A stretch of DNA of 53,506 nucleotides from Actinomycetota bacterium (GTDB lineage Bacteria; Actinomycetota; UBA4738; HRBIN12), in the NCBI GenBank assembly GCA_040005555.1, contig JBDTYT010000003.1:1-53506 (forward strand). Reading direction: 5' to 3'. Numbering within the stretch: the stretch's first letter is position 1; the number at the start of each line of letters is the position of its first letter. The notes under the pieces are model-generated. The model ran no database searches, was not told the origin of the DNA, and was given only the letters and a program-made list of their open reading frames with translations. The translations under genes were made by a program, and so were the position numbers. Positions 28,258-39,100 of the stretch are shown in pieces.

Positions 28258-28286
28258 GTGCCGGTCGTCAGGAGGAGGGAGGAGCC

Positions 28287-29771
28287 GTGGCGGTAAGCTC
28301 AGTCGCCGTGTCCCCCTTCCTCGTCCCACGGCCCTTTCCGGACCTCCTCGTCGATCTCCTGCGTCGCGAGGTCCGAGGGGATCCCGACGTGCGTATCGGC
28401 GGCCTGAGTTACCGCTCCCAGGACGCCGCCCCGGGGTCCCTGTTCTTCTGCGTTCCCGGGGCGACGCTCGATGGGCACGATTTCGCGGCGGAGGCCGTCT
28501 CCAAGGGAGCGGTGGCGCTCGCGGTCGAACGATGGCTTCCGGTCGAGGCCACGCAGGTGCTCGTGCCCTCGGTGCGCGAGGCGATGGGCCCCGTTTCGGC
28601 GGCGTTCTACGACCGGCCCGCCCAAGGGATGACGATGGTCGGAGTGACCGGCACGAACGGCAAGACGACGACCACGTACGTGCTCGAGTCGGTGTTCCGA
28701 GCGGCGGATCTGGTCCCCGGCGTCGTCGGGACGACGGGCGTCCGGATCGGTGGACGTCCGGCACCGGCCCTGCGGACCACGCCCGAGGCGCCCGACCTGC
28801 AGCGACTCCTTGCCGAGATGCGGGACGAAGGCGTGGGAGCGGTCGCGATGGAGGTCTCGTCCCACGGACTCGATCAGCACCGCGTCGGAGGGATCAGGTT
28901 CGCCTGCGCGGTCTTCACGAACCTCACGCGGGACCATCTGGATTACCACGCTTCGATGGATGCGTACTTCGCGGCGAAGGCTCGACTGTTCACACCGGAG
29001 CACAGCGACCGCGCCGCGGTGAACGTCGATGACCCCGCGGGCCGTCGCCTGCGGGATCTCGAAGTCCCCACGATCACGTTCGGCATCGATGACGAAGGTG
29101 CCGAGGTTCGTGCCACCCACGTGCGAGCTACCGACGAGGGCATCGCGTTTCGCGTCGACGACGTTGAGATCCGGTCCCCGCTCCGCGGACGCTTCAACGT
29201 GGAGAACTGCCTGGCCGCGATCGCCACCGCTCGCGCGCTCGGGATCGAGGACCCCGTCGCCGTGCGGGGCATCGAGGCCGTCCGCGGTGTCCCCGGTCGC
29301 GTGGAACCCGTCGAGGTGGGGCAGGACTTCCTCGTGATGGTCGACTATGCGCACACGCCCGCCAGCCTCGAGAGCGTCCTGCTCGCGGCGCGCTCGCTGA
29401 CCGCAGGCCGTGTCATCGTCGTCTTCGGTTGCGGAGGCGACCGCGACCGAGCCAAACGCCCGCTCATGGGTCGTGCAGCGGCGGCGAACGCCGACCTCAC
29501 CGTCATCACGAGCGACAACCCGCGCAGCGAAGACCCCGCCTCGATCATCCGCGAGATCGAGTCGGGCGCGACCGGCGGCGGCGCCTACGTGATCGAGCCC
29601 GATCGTCGCACAGCGATCCACGCCGCCGTGGTCGAGGCCCGCACGGGTGACGTCGTCGTGATCGCCGGCAAGGGTCATGAGACGTACCAGGAGCTGGCGG
29701 ACCGCACGATCGCCTTCGATGATCGAGCGGTCGCGTCCGAGGAGATCCGCGCAGTGCGAGGAGCCGGATGA
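28287..29771 (+). CDS. murE: UDP-MurNAc-tripeptide ligase (meso-DAP type)
   Basis: GVTGTNGKTT, MEVSSH, DHLDYH, VDYAHTP, SDNPRSE, AGKGHE; GTG after a strong RBS (ATG 28254 is an alternative). Confidence 0.96.
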   Translation: MAVSSVAVSPFLVPRPFPDLLVDLLRREVRGDPDVRIGGLSYRSQDAAPGSLFFCVPGATLDGHDFAAEAVSKGAVALAVERWLPVEATQVLVPSVREAMGPVSAAFYDRPAQGMTMVGVTGTNGKTTTTYVLESVFRAADLVPGVVGTTGVRIGGRPAPALRTTPEAPDLQRLLAEMRDEGVGAVAMEVSSHGLDQHRVGGIRFACAVFTNLTRDHLDYHASMDAYFAAKARLFTPEHSDRAAVNVDDPAGRRLRDLEVPTITFGIDDEGAEVRATHVRATDEGIAFRVDDVEIRSPLRGRFNVENCLAAIATARALGIEDPVAVRGIEAVRGVPGRVEPVEVGQDFLVMVDYAHTPASLESVLLAARSLTAGRVIVVFGCGGDRDRAKRPLMGRAAAANADLTVITSDNPRSEDPASIIREIESGATGGGAYVIEPDRRTAIHAAVVEARTGDVVVIAGKGHETYQELADRTIAFDDRAVASEEIRAVRGAG

Positions 29772-31129
29772 GACCACGATCGCTCTCGGAGATCGCGCGA
29801 GCCGTCGACGGCAGCCTGCACGGAGACGACACCGCCGCGTCTTCGGTCGTGATCGACAGCCGCCTCGCGGGGCCGGGGGCCCTCTTCGTCGCACTCGCCG
29901 GCGAGCACGCCGATGGACACGCGTTCGTCGGTGACGCCCTGTCGCGTGGCGCCGCCGGAGCCGTCGTGGAGCGGCAGCCCGCGGACGAGGGACCCACGAT
30001 CGTCGTGCGCGATACCGGACGGGCGCTGCTGGCGCTCGCCGCCGATGAGCGGCGTGCGATGACGGGGGTCACCCTGATCGCGATCACCGGAGCGAACGGC
30101 AAGACCTCGACGAAGGACCTCGCGGCGTCCGTGCTGTCGACGCGGATGCCGACCCACGCGAGTCCCGCATCATTCAACAACGAGATCGGACTCCCGCTCA
30201 CCCTGCTCGGGGCGCCGGCGGACAGCGAGGTCATCGTGGCCGAGATGGGCGCGCGACGCGAGGGGGACGTGGCCGCGCTGTGTCAGGTCGCGAGTCCGGA
30301 CATCGTCGTCGTGACGAACCTCGGGGTCGCGCACATGGAGATCTTCGGATCGTGGGACGCGATCGTGCGATCGGGCGCCGAGCCGCTCGCGGCACTCGGG
30401 CCGGACGACGTGGCCATCCTGAACGCCGACGATCCGGTGGTGGCGGGATTCGCCTCGCGCGCGAGGGCGAGGGTACGGACCTTCGGAGTCTCCGGCGGGG
30501 ACGTGCGGGCGGAGGACATCACGCTGGACGAGGATGGGCGGGCGAGTTTCACGCTCGCCGTGGGCGACGAGCGCGAGCACGTGGAGCTCGCGGTCCCCGG
30601 CGAGCACATGGTCTCGAATGCGTTAGCCGCGGCCGCTTGTGGGGCGGAGCTCGCGATCTCGGCGGCCGAGTGCGCGGCGGCGCTGAAGGGCGCGCAGGTG
30701 TCACGATGGCGCATGGAGACCTTCACGACGAGCGGCGGCGTGCGGATCGTGAACGACGCGTACAACGCGAACCCCGAGTCGATGTCGGCGGGCCTCAAGG
30801 CCGCTAGGTGGATGGCCCGAGGCTCGCGGCTCGCGGCCGTACTCGGCCACATGGCCGAGCTCGGCCCGATCGCGCTCGAGGAGCACGAGCGGCTCGGCGA
30901 GCTCGTCGTCCGCATCGGGGTCGAGCGCCTCATCACCGTGGGGCAGCCGGCCGAGCTGATCGCGCGCGCCGCGATCCGCGAGGGCGCTCTGCCCGCGGAC
31001 GTCGCGAGTTACGGCACACCCGAGGACGCCGTCGTCGACCTCGCGGCCTGGATGCGACCCGGCGACGTCGTCCTGGTAAAGGGATCGCGCGTCGCGGGGC
31101 TCGAGCGAGTCGCCGAGACGCTGCGATGA
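29768..31129 (+). CDS. murF: UDP-MurNAc-pentapeptide ligase
   Basis: ITGANGKTSTKD, FNNEIGLP, NDAYNANPESM, VKGSR. Confidence 0.96.
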   Translation: MRPRSLSEIARAVDGSLHGDDTAASSVVIDSRLAGPGALFVALAGEHADGHAFVGDALSRGAAGAVVERQPADEGPTIVVRDTGRALLALAADERRAMTGVTLIAITGANGKTSTKDLAASVLSTRMPTHASPASFNNEIGLPLTLLGAPADSEVIVAEMGARREGDVAALCQVASPDIVVVTNLGVAHMEIFGSWDAIVRSGAEPLAALGPDDVAILNADDPVVAGFASRARARVRTFGVSGGDVRAEDITLDEDGRASFTLAVGDEREHVELAVPGEHMVSNALAAAACGAELAISAAECAAALKGAQVSRWRMETFTTSGGVRIVNDAYNANPESMSAGLKAARWMARGSRLAAVLGHMAELGPIALEEHERLGELVVRIGVERLITVGQPAELIARAAIREGALPADVASYGTPEDAVVDLAAWMRPGDVVLVKGSRVAGLERVAETLR

Positions 31130-32175
31130 GGCAGATCTTGATCGCGGCAGGGGTCGGGCTCACCGTCACGTTGCTCGGGACGCCGCTCGCGATCCGGCTG
31201 TTCAAGCTATGGGGTTGGGGGCAGCGCATCCGAGAGGACGGCCCCCACACCCACCTCGAGAAGATGGGAACGCCGACGATGGGCGGGACGGTGATCGTGC
31301 TCGGGATCGTGACCGGATACGTGGTCACGCGCCTGGTGTTCACGACCGTCACAGCCGCCGGGCTCTCGGTCTTGCTCGCCACGGTCGGGCTGGGGGTGCT
31401 GGGGTTCATCGACGACTTCATCAAGGTGCGGCGTCGTCGCTCGCTGGGACTGTCGAAGACCGCCAAGATCCTCGGCCAGGCGGTGATCGCGGTGGCGTTC
31501 GGGATCGTTGCGGTGAAGGTCGCGCACGTGCCGAGCGACCTATCGTTCGTCCGCGGCACCGGTGTCGACCTCGGCGTCCTGTTCTACGTGTGGACGTTCG
31601 TGATCTTGTCCTCGTCCTCGAACGCCGTGAACCTGACCGACGGCCTCGACGGGCTCGCGTCGGGGGCCTCGATCCTGGTCCTGTCGGCGTTCGTGTTCAT
31701 CTCGTTCTGGCAGTTCCGGCACACGTGCACGCTCGGTCCGGCGACCGCGTGTTACCCGGTGGACGTGAACGCCGCGCTCGACGTGGGGATCGTGGCCGGG
31801 GCTGCGGTGGGGGCCGTGGCGGGGTTCCTGTGGTGGAACGCCGCGCCCGCACGGATCTTCATGGGGGACACCGGATCCCTCGCGCTCGGAGGGTTGATGG
31901 GGGCACTCGCGATCGTCACGAGCACGCAGCTGCTGCTCGTCGTCTTGGGTGGCTTGTTCGTGATCGAGACGACGTCGGTAATCGTTCAGGTGATCTCGTT
32001 CCGTGGGTTCGGCCGGCGTGTGTTCCGGATGTCGCCCATCCACCATCACTTCGAGCTCGCCGGCTGGCCAGAGTTCACCGTGATCGTCCGCTTCTGGATC
32101 ATCACCGGGCTCTGTGTCGCGGTGGGGATCGGGCTCTTCTACACGGACTTCGTCGCGCACGGAGGCCTCGGATGA
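31126..32175 (+). CDS. mraY: Phospho-MurNAc-pentapeptide transferase
   Basis: GTPTMGG, IDD, NAVNLTDGLDGL, FMGDTGS, PIHHHFE. Confidence 0.97.
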   Translation: MRQILIAAGVGLTVTLLGTPLAIRLFKLWGWGQRIREDGPHTHLEKMGTPTMGGTVIVLGIVTGYVVTRLVFTTVTAAGLSVLLATVGLGVLGFIDDFIKVRRRRSLGLSKTAKILGQAVIAVAFGIVAVKVAHVPSDLSFVRGTGVDLGVLFYVWTFVILSSSSNAVNLTDGLDGLASGASILVLSAFVFISFWQFRHTCTLGPATACYPVDVNAALDVGIVAGAAVGAVAGFLWWNAAPARIFMGDTGSLALGGLMGALAIVTSTQLLLVVLGGLFVIETTSVIVQVISFRGFGRRVFRMSPIHHHFELAGWPEFTVIVRFWIITGLCVAVGIGLFYTDFVAHGGLG

Positions 32176-33515
32176 TCCAGGTGTTGCGAGGGGTCCACGT
32201 GCTCGTCGTCGGGTTGGCGACGAGCGGGATCGCGGCCGCGCAGGCGCTCATCCTGGAGGGGGCTCGGGTGCGCGTCTCCGAGGAAGGCTCCGACCCCGAG
32301 GGCGCGGCCACGCTTCGAGCGCTCGGCGTCGAGGTCCTCACGGGCGGACACACGCCCGAGCATCTCGATGGCATCGAGCTCGTCGTGACGAGCCCGGGAG
32401 TGCCGGAACGAGCCCCGATCCTCGTGTGGGCGCTCGAGCGCGGCATCGTCGTGTGGAGCGAGCTCGAGCTTGGTTCGCGGCTCACGCGCGCCGCGTACGT
32501 GGCGATCACCGGCACGAACGGGAAGTCGACGACGGCGGAGATGATCGCCTCGATGATGCGAGCCGACGGTCTCGACGCGATCGCGTGCGGCAACATCGGC
32601 TATCCGCTCACGGCCGCCGCGCGGGAGACGCACGACGCGCTTGCGGTGGAGGCTTCGTCGTTCCAGCTCAGGTTCGTCGACGCGTTCTCGCCGAACGTCT
32701 CCGTGCTGTTGAACGTCGCGGCCGACCACCTCGACTGGCACGGGACCATGGGCGCGTACGGCGATGCGAAGGCCCGGATCTTCGAGCACCAACGCGGCGA
32801 TGACGTGCACGTCGCGAACCGGGGCGACGAACGCGCGGCGGAGATCTCGCGGCGAGCAACGTGCCGGCTCGTGTGGTTCGGGCTCGACGAACCCGGCGAG
32901 GGTGACGTGGGGTACATCGGTGAAGAGCTCGTGTCGCGTCTCGACGGTGACGTGGCCCTCGGCACGCCCTCGCTCGGTGACGACGGGTTCCGTGAAGACG
33001 CGGCGGCAGCGGCGGCCGCGTCGCTTGCGTTCGGGCTCACGCCGAAGGGCGTCGCCGAGGGGTTACGGCGGATGCGACCGCTCGCGCACCGAGGCGAGAC
33101 CGTGGCTCGCCCCGGCGACATCCCGTTCATCGACAACTCGAAGGCAACGAACATCCACGCGACCATCGCTACCCTGCGAGGCCGCGAGCGAGTCGTGCTC
33201 ATCGCGGGAGGGATGTCCAAGGGCGTGGATCTGTCGCCGCTCGGAGCTCTCGGACCGCAGCTCGCCGGGGTCGTCGCGATCGGCGAGGCGGCGCCACAGA
33301 TCTCCGCGCTCTTCGAAGGCGTCGTGCCGGTTCGTATAGCCGCATCCATCGAGGACGCGGTGCATCGCGCCTATGACCTCGCTCCGCCCGATGGCACGGT
33401 GGTGCTCGCGCCGGCGTGCGCCAGCTGGGACATGTTCACCGACTACGCCGAGCGCGGGAACCGCTTCACTGCGGCCGCCCGCAGGCTGGAGCAGGAGACC
33501 CTCGCTCGTGGCTAG
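32172..33515 (+). CDS. murD: UDP-MurNAc-L-Ala:D-Glu ligase
   Basis: SPGVP, ITGTNGKSTT, EASSFQL, DHLDWH, NSKATN, APACASWDMF. Confidence 0.96.
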   Translation: MIQVLRGVHVLVVGLATSGIAAAQALILEGARVRVSEEGSDPEGAATLRALGVEVLTGGHTPEHLDGIELVVTSPGVPERAPILVWALERGIVVWSELELGSRLTRAAYVAITGTNGKSTTAEMIASMMRADGLDAIACGNIGYPLTAAARETHDALAVEASSFQLRFVDAFSPNVSVLLNVAADHLDWHGTMGAYGDAKARIFEHQRGDDVHVANRGDERAAEISRRATCRLVWFGLDEPGEGDVGYIGEELVSRLDGDVALGTPSLGDDGFREDAAAAAAASLAFGLTPKGVAEGLRRMRPLAHRGETVARPGDIPFIDNSKATNIHATIATLRGRERVVLIAGGMSKGVDLSPLGALGPQLAGVVAIGEAAPQISALFEGVVPVRIAASIEDAVHRAYDLAPPDGTVVLAPACASWDMFTDYAERGNRFTAAARRLEQETLARG

Positions 33516-34731
33516 CCGAGCGGTCCCGGCCGCCGCGCGGCATCTGCGACTCGTCCACCCGGGTCGGCGTGCGGCCTCACGCACCCAGACGGATCTCGCA
33601 ACGCGGCGTACCGTCGTCATGTTGCTCGGAGCGACCGCGTTCCTGGTGGCGGCTGGTCTCATCATGGTCCTGTCCGCGAGCTCGATCTCGGCGTACGCGC
33701 AGTTCGGCGACAGCTTCTTGTTCTTCCAGCGACAGGCGGGGTACGCGGTGGCCGGGACGCTCGGGCTCTGGCTCACTTCACGGATGCGGTACCAGGCGTG
33801 GCAGCGCCTCGCGATCCCGATGCTCGGGCTGACGGTGGTGCTCCTCGCCCTCGTGCTCCACCCGACGACCGGGGTCGAGGCGTACGGCTCCTCGAGGTGG
33901 ATCGCGCTCGGCCCCGTAACGATCCAGCCTTCGGAGATCGCGAAGTTGTCGCTCATCGTCTTCTGCGCGGCCATCCTGGCTCGCAAGTGGGGCAAGCTCG
34001 ACGATCTGGGACACCTCGCGCTGCCGCTCGTCCCGGTCGTACTCATCGTGTGTGGACTCGTGATGGCGCAGCCCGACCTCGGGACGACGGTGATCATCAT
34101 CGGCGCCGTGTTCTTGCTGCTCTTCGCGGCGGGCGTGCGCATGCGATATCTGCTCACCGCTGCCGTGGTCGGCTGCGCCGCCGGCGTCGCTCTCATCATG
34201 AGCGCGGACTACCGGCGCGTTCGCTTCCTGTCGTTCCTGCACCCGACGGCCGATCCGCAGAACACGGGCTGGCAATTGTTCCAGTCACTCATCGCCCTCG
34301 GCTCCGGCGGGTGGACGGGCGTGGGTCTGGGCGCGAGTCGGCAGAAGTGGATGTACGTGCCGAACGCCCACACAGACTTCATCTTCGCGATCTTGGGCGA
34401 GGAGCTCGGCTTGATCGGCGAAGTCATCGTGCTGATCGCCTTCGGCATCTTGCTGTACGCCGGCATCCGAGTGGCGGCTCGGGCGGGCGACGTGTTCGGT
34501 CGATTGCTGTCCGCCGGGATCATCGCGTGGTTCGGCGTGCAGATCTTGGTGAATCTCGGAGCGGTTACCGGCTTGCTCCCGATCACCGGCGTCCCTCTGC
34601 CGTTCCTGTCCTACGGGGGGTCCTCGCTCGTCGTGTCGCTCGCGGCCGTCGGCATCTTGGTCAACATCGCCCGGAGCCCGGCTCGCGAGCGCGACCGTGC
34701 ACGTCGGGTCCGGCGGGAGCGTGCGGCGTGA
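33508..34731 (+). CDS. ftsW: SEDS peptidoglycan polymerase FtsW
   Basis: RWI, QPSEIAK, QPDLGT, HTDFIF, PITGVPLPFLSYGGSS. Confidence 0.95.
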   Translation: MASRAVPAAARHLRLVHPGRRAASRTQTDLATRRTVVMLLGATAFLVAAGLIMVLSASSISAYAQFGDSFLFFQRQAGYAVAGTLGLWLTSRMRYQAWQRLAIPMLGLTVVLLALVLHPTTGVEAYGSSRWIALGPVTIQPSEIAKLSLIVFCAAILARKWGKLDDLGHLALPLVPVVLIVCGLVMAQPDLGTTVIIIGAVFLLLFAAGVRMRYLLTAAVVGCAAGVALIMSADYRRVRFLSFLHPTADPQNTGWQLFQSLIALGSGGWTGVGLGASRQKWMYVPNAHTDFIFAILGEELGLIGEVIVLIAFGILLYAGIRVAARAGDVFGRLLSAGIIAWFGVQILVNLGAVTGLLPITGVPLPFLSYGGSSLVVSLAAVGILVNIARSPARERDRARRVRRERAA

Positions 34732-35831
34732 GGGTGCTCATCGCCGGCGGCGGCACCGCGGGACACGTGTTTCCGGCGCTCGCGCTGGCGCGTCACCTCG
34801 CCCAGGGCGGGGATGAGGTGCGCTTCGCGGGGACCGTCGACGGACAGGAGTCTCGTTTGGTCCCCGAGGCAGGCTTCGCGTTCGTACCGGTGGAGGCGAA
34901 GCCGCTCGTGCGCGCCGTATCGGTGCGCGCACTGACCGCTCCGGTCTCTGCGATCCGCTCGATCGGTCGGTGCCGTCCGATCGTCGAGGCGGCCGACGTC
35001 GTCGTAGGGATGGGCGGGTACGTGAGCGTGCCCGTCGCGCTCGCGGCGCTCCGTGCTCGCAGACCGCTCGTCGTCCACGAGCAGAACGCCGTGCCGGGTC
35101 TCGCGAACCGAACGCTCGCGCGCCCGGCGCGGACGGTGGCGCTGTCGTTCGCGGACGCCACCCGGATGCTGCCTCGCTCCGTCGCGAGCGTGGTGACGGG
35201 CAACCCCGTGCGTCCGGAGATCCTCGCGGTCCCCGCGCGACGCGAGGCCCTTCGTACACAAGCCCTCGCCGAGCTCGATCTCGACGAGGGCAGGCGCACC
35301 GTGGTCGTGTTCGGCGGCAGTCAAGGCGCGCTGCACGTGAACCGCGCGATCGTCCAGGCGCTCACCGGGCTCGCAGACCGGAGCGACCTTCAGCTGATCC
35401 TCCTCACGGGCCCGGCCCATCTCGAGCGCATCCGCGCGGCCCTGCCGTCGCCCGGCTCCCTGCTCGTGCGCCCGCTCGGGTTCCTCGAGCGGATGGAGCT
35501 CGCGTACGCCGTGGCGGATCTCGTCGTCGCGCGGGCGGGCGCGACGACGATCGCCGAGCTCGCCGTATGCGGGATCCCATCGATCCTCGTCCCCTACCCG
35601 TATGCGACGCGACGTCACCAAGAAGCGAACGCCCGAGCGCTCCAGCGCGCGGGGGCCGCGGACGTCGTGCTCGACGATGCGATCGGCGGACACGTCTTCG
35701 CGGCGAGGATCGGCGCGCTGCTCGACGATGCCGCACGTCTTCGTGCGATGGGTGAGTGCGCCTCGGCGTGGTCCCGGCCCGACGCAGCCGAGGCGCTCGC
35801 TACCGTCGTGCGCGGGGCAGGTGCCGGATGA
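34728..35831 (+). CDS. murG: Lipid II GlcNAc transferase
   Basis: GGGTAGHVFPA, GGYVS, HEQN, GNPVR, GGSQGA, RAGATT, HQEANA. Confidence 0.97.
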   Translation: MRVLIAGGGTAGHVFPALALARHLAQGGDEVRFAGTVDGQESRLVPEAGFAFVPVEAKPLVRAVSVRALTAPVSAIRSIGRCRPIVEAADVVVGMGGYVSVPVALAALRARRPLVVHEQNAVPGLANRTLARPARTVALSFADATRMLPRSVASVVTGNPVRPEILAVPARREALRTQALAELDLDEGRRTVVVFGGSQGALHVNRAIVQALTGLADRSDLQLILLTGPAHLERIRAALPSPGSLLVRPLGFLERMELAYAVADLVVARAGATTIAELAVCGIPSILVPYPYATRRHQEANARALQRAGAADVVLDDAIGGHVFAARIGALLDDAARLRAMGECASAWSRPDAAEALATVVRGAGAG

Positions 35832-37252
35832 GGTCTGTCTACCGACCCCCTCCCGGCAGCATCCCTACGCTCGACGTGCCGGAGCTGTCCGCCGTGCGCA
35901 GGGTCCACATGATCGGGATCGGTGGCGCCGGGATGCGCAACCTCGCACGTCTGCTGGTGGCGCGGGGCATCCAGGTCACCGGCTCGGACCTGAAGGACTC
36001 GGACGGACTCCGCGAGCTGCGGGAGGCGGGAGCCTCGGTCGCCGTTGGTCACTCGCCCGAGCACCTCGGGGAGCCCGACGCGGTGGTGATCTCGAGCGCG
36101 ATCGCCGAACCCAACGTCGAGCTGGCCGCGGCTCGCGAGCGCGACCTTCCCGTGTGGGCGCGCGCGCAGGTGCTCGCGGCGGCGGCGAGCGACGCACGCA
36201 CGATCGCGGTCGCCGGGACCCACGGGAAGACGACGACGACCTCCATGGTCGCGCTCGTGCTCGAACGCGCCGAGCTCGATCCCACGTTCGTCGTCGGGGG
36301 CGAGCCGAACGAGTCTGGCAGCGGCGCGCGCTCCGGCGGCGGTGCGTGGTTCGTCGCCGAGGCGGACGAGAGCGACGGCTCGTTCCTGCTGTTCCGGCCC
36401 GAGATCGGGATCGTCACGAACGTCGAGGTTGACCATGTCGACTTCTACGCGGGCGGTCGGCAGGAGATCGAGGCTGCGTTCGGGACGTTCGCCGACGGGT
36501 GCGCACACGTCGTCGTCTGTGCGGACGACCCGGGCGCGATGCGATCCGTCGAGGCGACCTCCGCGCAGGTTCTCACCTACGGCTCCGCGCCCGGCAGCGA
36601 CGTATGGCTCGAGATCCGTGGGGTCGGTCCCGGAGGGAGCGCTGCCGACGTGCACGTCGGCGGGGATACCCTCGATATGAAGCTCGCGGTCGACGGCGCT
36701 CACAACCTCCGCAACGCTGCAGCAGCCATCGCGGCCGGCACGCTCGCCGGCGTACCGCCCGAGCTTGCGGCCGAAGCGCTCGGATCGTTCACCGGCGTGC
36801 ATCGCCGGTTCGAGCATCGTGGCTCCGGTCGGGGAGCCGACTTCTACGACGATTACGGGCACGTGCCGACGGAGCTGGCCGTGACGCTCGACGTGGCTCG
36901 CCGGACCGGCCCGGCGCGCTTGGTCGCCGTGTTCCAGCCCCATCGCTACTCGAGGACGCAGGCGCTGTGGCGCGAGCTCGGCCGGAGCCTGATCGAGGCG
37001 GACGTGATCGTCGTGACCGACGTGTACGGTGCCGATCAAGCTCCGATCCCCGGCGTCACGGGCAAGCTCGTCGTCGAGGGGATCAACGAAGCGGTCCGCG
37101 GCAAGCGGATCGTGTACCTGCCGCACCGTGGGGACGTCGTGCGGTTCCTCGACCGCGAGGTGCGCGAGGGCGACCTCGTGATCACGATGGGGTGCGGCGA
37201 CGTGTGGATGTTGGGCGACGCCGCGCTCGAGCAGATCCGAGCGGCATCGTGA
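35828..37252 (+). CDS. murC: UDP-MurNAc:L-Ala ligase
   Basis: GIGGAGM, GTHGKTTTT, EADESDGSF, RRFE, DDYGH.PTE, FQPHRYSRT. Confidence 0.97.
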   Translation: MRSVYRPPPGSIPTLDVPELSAVRRVHMIGIGGAGMRNLARLLVARGIQVTGSDLKDSDGLRELREAGASVAVGHSPEHLGEPDAVVISSAIAEPNVELAAARERDLPVWARAQVLAAAASDARTIAVAGTHGKTTTTSMVALVLERAELDPTFVVGGEPNESGSGARSGGGAWFVAEADESDGSFLLFRPEIGIVTNVEVDHVDFYAGGRQEIEAAFGTFADGCAHVVVCADDPGAMRSVEATSAQVLTYGSAPGSDVWLEIRGVGPGGSAADVHVGGDTLDMKLAVDGAHNLRNAAAAIAAGTLAGVPPELAAEALGSFTGVHRRFEHRGSGRGADFYDDYGHVPTELAVTLDVARRTGPARLVAVFQPHRYSRTQALWRELGRSLIEADVIVVTDVYGADQAPIPGVTGKLVVEGINEAVRGKRIVYLPHRGDVVRFLDREVREGDLVITMGCGDVWMLGDAALEQIRAAS

Positions 37253-38181
37253 GCGACCGGATCCGGGCCGCGGAGTCCATCCTGCGCGCCGCGAGCGGCG
37301 ACCGGGTCCGGACCGCCTTCGCGATGGCGCCCCTCACGACGTTCCGGATCGGCGGGCCAGCGGCGATCTACCTCGAGCCCGAGTCGGAGCGGGATCTGGT
37401 GGCCGTGGGCGAGGCGGTTCGTCAGACGGGCGTCTCGTGCGTCGTGATCGGCAAGGGCTCGAACCTCCTCGTCTCCGATCGAGGGTTCCCCGGGATCGTC
37501 CTGCGGCTCGGCCGGGGGTTCCGCTGGGCCGCGCGGGATGGCGACGTCGTATCGGCCGGAGCAGCCATGCCGCTGCCCGCGCTGGCAGGTGTCGCGCTAT
37601 CGAACACCCTGTCGGGACTCGAGTTCGGCGTGGCCATCCCGGCTTCGCTCGGCGGGGCCGTCCGCATGAACGCCGGCGCCCACGGTCACGAACTCGCCGA
37701 GGTGGTCCGGACGGTCGACGTGTTCGAGTTGGACTCCGGGGCCGCCCGCACGATCTCGGCCGCCGATGCCAGGTTCGCCTATCGCTCCTCGGCCATCCCG
37801 GCGGACAGCGTGGTCATCGCGACGTCCGTGGCCCTCTCGGCTGCCGAGCCCTCCGCGATCCGTGACCGGATGCACGAAGCCCGTGAGTGGCGCCGCCGAA
37901 CCCAGCCCCTGGCGGAGCCCAACTGCGGGAGCGTCTTCAAGAACCCGCTGGGGGACCACGCGGCCCGGCTGGTCGAGGCGGCCGGCGGCAAGGGACTCAC
38001 GGTGGGCGGAGCGTCGGTCTCCGCCAAGCACGCGAACTTCATCGTCGCTGCCGAGGGGGCTCTCGCAGCCGACGTCGTCGAGCTGGTCCGCACGCTCCAA
38101 GATCTCGTCGCGGCCCGCTTCGATATCCGACTCGAGCCGGAGGTGCATCTCGTTGGAGACTTCGATCTGGCGCCGCATTGA
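37249..38181 (+). CDS. murB: UDP-N-acetylenolpyruvoylglucosamine reductase
   Basis: TTFRIGGPA, GKGSNLL, GGAVRMNAGA, F.YRSS, GSVFKNP, KHANFIV, LEPEV. Confidence 0.95.
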   Translation: MSDRIRAAESILRAASGDRVRTAFAMAPLTTFRIGGPAAIYLEPESERDLVAVGEAVRQTGVSCVVIGKGSNLLVSDRGFPGIVLRLGRGFRWAARDGDVVSAGAAMPLPALAGVALSNTLSGLEFGVAIPASLGGAVRMNAGAHGHELAEVVRTVDVFELDSGAARTISAADARFAYRSSAIPADSVVIATSVALSAAEPSAIRDRMHEAREWRRRTQPLAEPNCGSVFKNPLGDHAARLVEAAGGKGLTVGGASVSAKHANFIVAAEGALAADVVELVRTLQDLVAARFDIRLEPEVHLVGDFDLAPH

Positions 38182-38893
38182 CATCGGAGCCATCGCGCGC
38201 TCGCGCCGCGCCTGGTTCACCCTCGCTCTCGCCCTCGCGGTGATCGGAACGGCGGCCTTCTTCCTCTCACGCTCGTCCGTTTTCCACGTCAGACACGTGG
38301 AGGTGACCGGGACCGCGCACCTGTCTCGAGTCGACGTCACGCGACTGTCGGAGGTGACGCGGGCCACGAACGCCCTGTGGCTCGACCCGCGCCCGGTGGA
38401 ACTCCGACTCGAGCAAGACCCGTGGATCGCGAACGCGACCGTCTCGACGTCCTTCCCCTGGACGGTCCACATCGCGATCGCGGAGCGCACCCCTTCGGCC
38501 GTCGTCGATCGCGGAACGGGTCGGCTCCTCGTCGCGACCGACGGCTCGCCGCTCGGGCTCGCCGGGCGGGTCCACGGGTTGCCCCTGATCGTGATGCCCC
38601 CCTCGGGAGCGCTCGAGGGGGCGCCGCCGTCGCTGCAGCCGGCCGCCCGAGCGATCGGGGCTCTGCCTCCGCAGGTCATGACCCGCGTCCGACAGGTCAT
38701 CGTGTCGCTCGACGGGACGTTGGAGCTTCGACTGTTCGACGGCCCGCGTGTCGAGTTCGGACCCCCGACCGAGATCGCCGCGAAGGCCCGGGCCATCACC
38801 TCGATCCTCGCCTGGTCCCAGGACGAGGCCCAACCGCTCAACGTGGTGAACGTCGTCGCGCCAGGCTCGCCGGCCGCCACCTTGGCCCACTGA
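38153..38893 (+). CDS. ftsQ: Cell division protein FtsQ/DivIB
   Basis: TTG 38153 after GGAGGTG; TM helix then a POTRA-like domain (VEVTG, PWIANA.V..SFP.TV.I.I.ER.P); directly before ftsZ. Confidence 0.85.
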   Translation: METSIWRRIDIGAIARSRRAWFTLALALAVIGTAAFFLSRSSVFHVRHVEVTGTAHLSRVDVTRLSEVTRATNALWLDPRPVELRLEQDPWIANATVSTSFPWTVHIAIAERTPSAVVDRGTGRLLVATDGSPLGLAGRVHGLPLIVMPPSGALEGAPPSLQPAARAIGALPPQVMTRVRQVIVSLDGTLELRLFDGPRVEFGPPTEIAAKARAITSILAWSQDEAQPLNVVNVVAPGSPAATLAH

Positions 38894-38943
38894 TGTGGGC
38901 GCGGAACCTGTCATGAGCGCCATCCGATGCGCGTCCAGATGTC

Positions 38944-39021
38944 TTGACGGACCAGGGGTTCGATAGTACGGTTGCCCAGCAAACGTCAACAAGATATAAC
39001 AATCAACTTGTAGTTGAGGTT
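38944..39021 (+). promoter_or_regulatory. ftsZ promoter and candidate regulator site
   Basis: TTGACG (38944), 17 bp spacer, TACGGT (38967); AT-rich tract containing the palindrome TCAAC-N5-GTTGA (39003-39017). Confidence 0.68.
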
Positions 39022-39100
39022 CATCGTTCAACCTGTTCGGTACGGCATTTCCCCAGGTAGACCGGGGGCGTCGCGGACCCGGGGAGCGGAGGACAGCGAG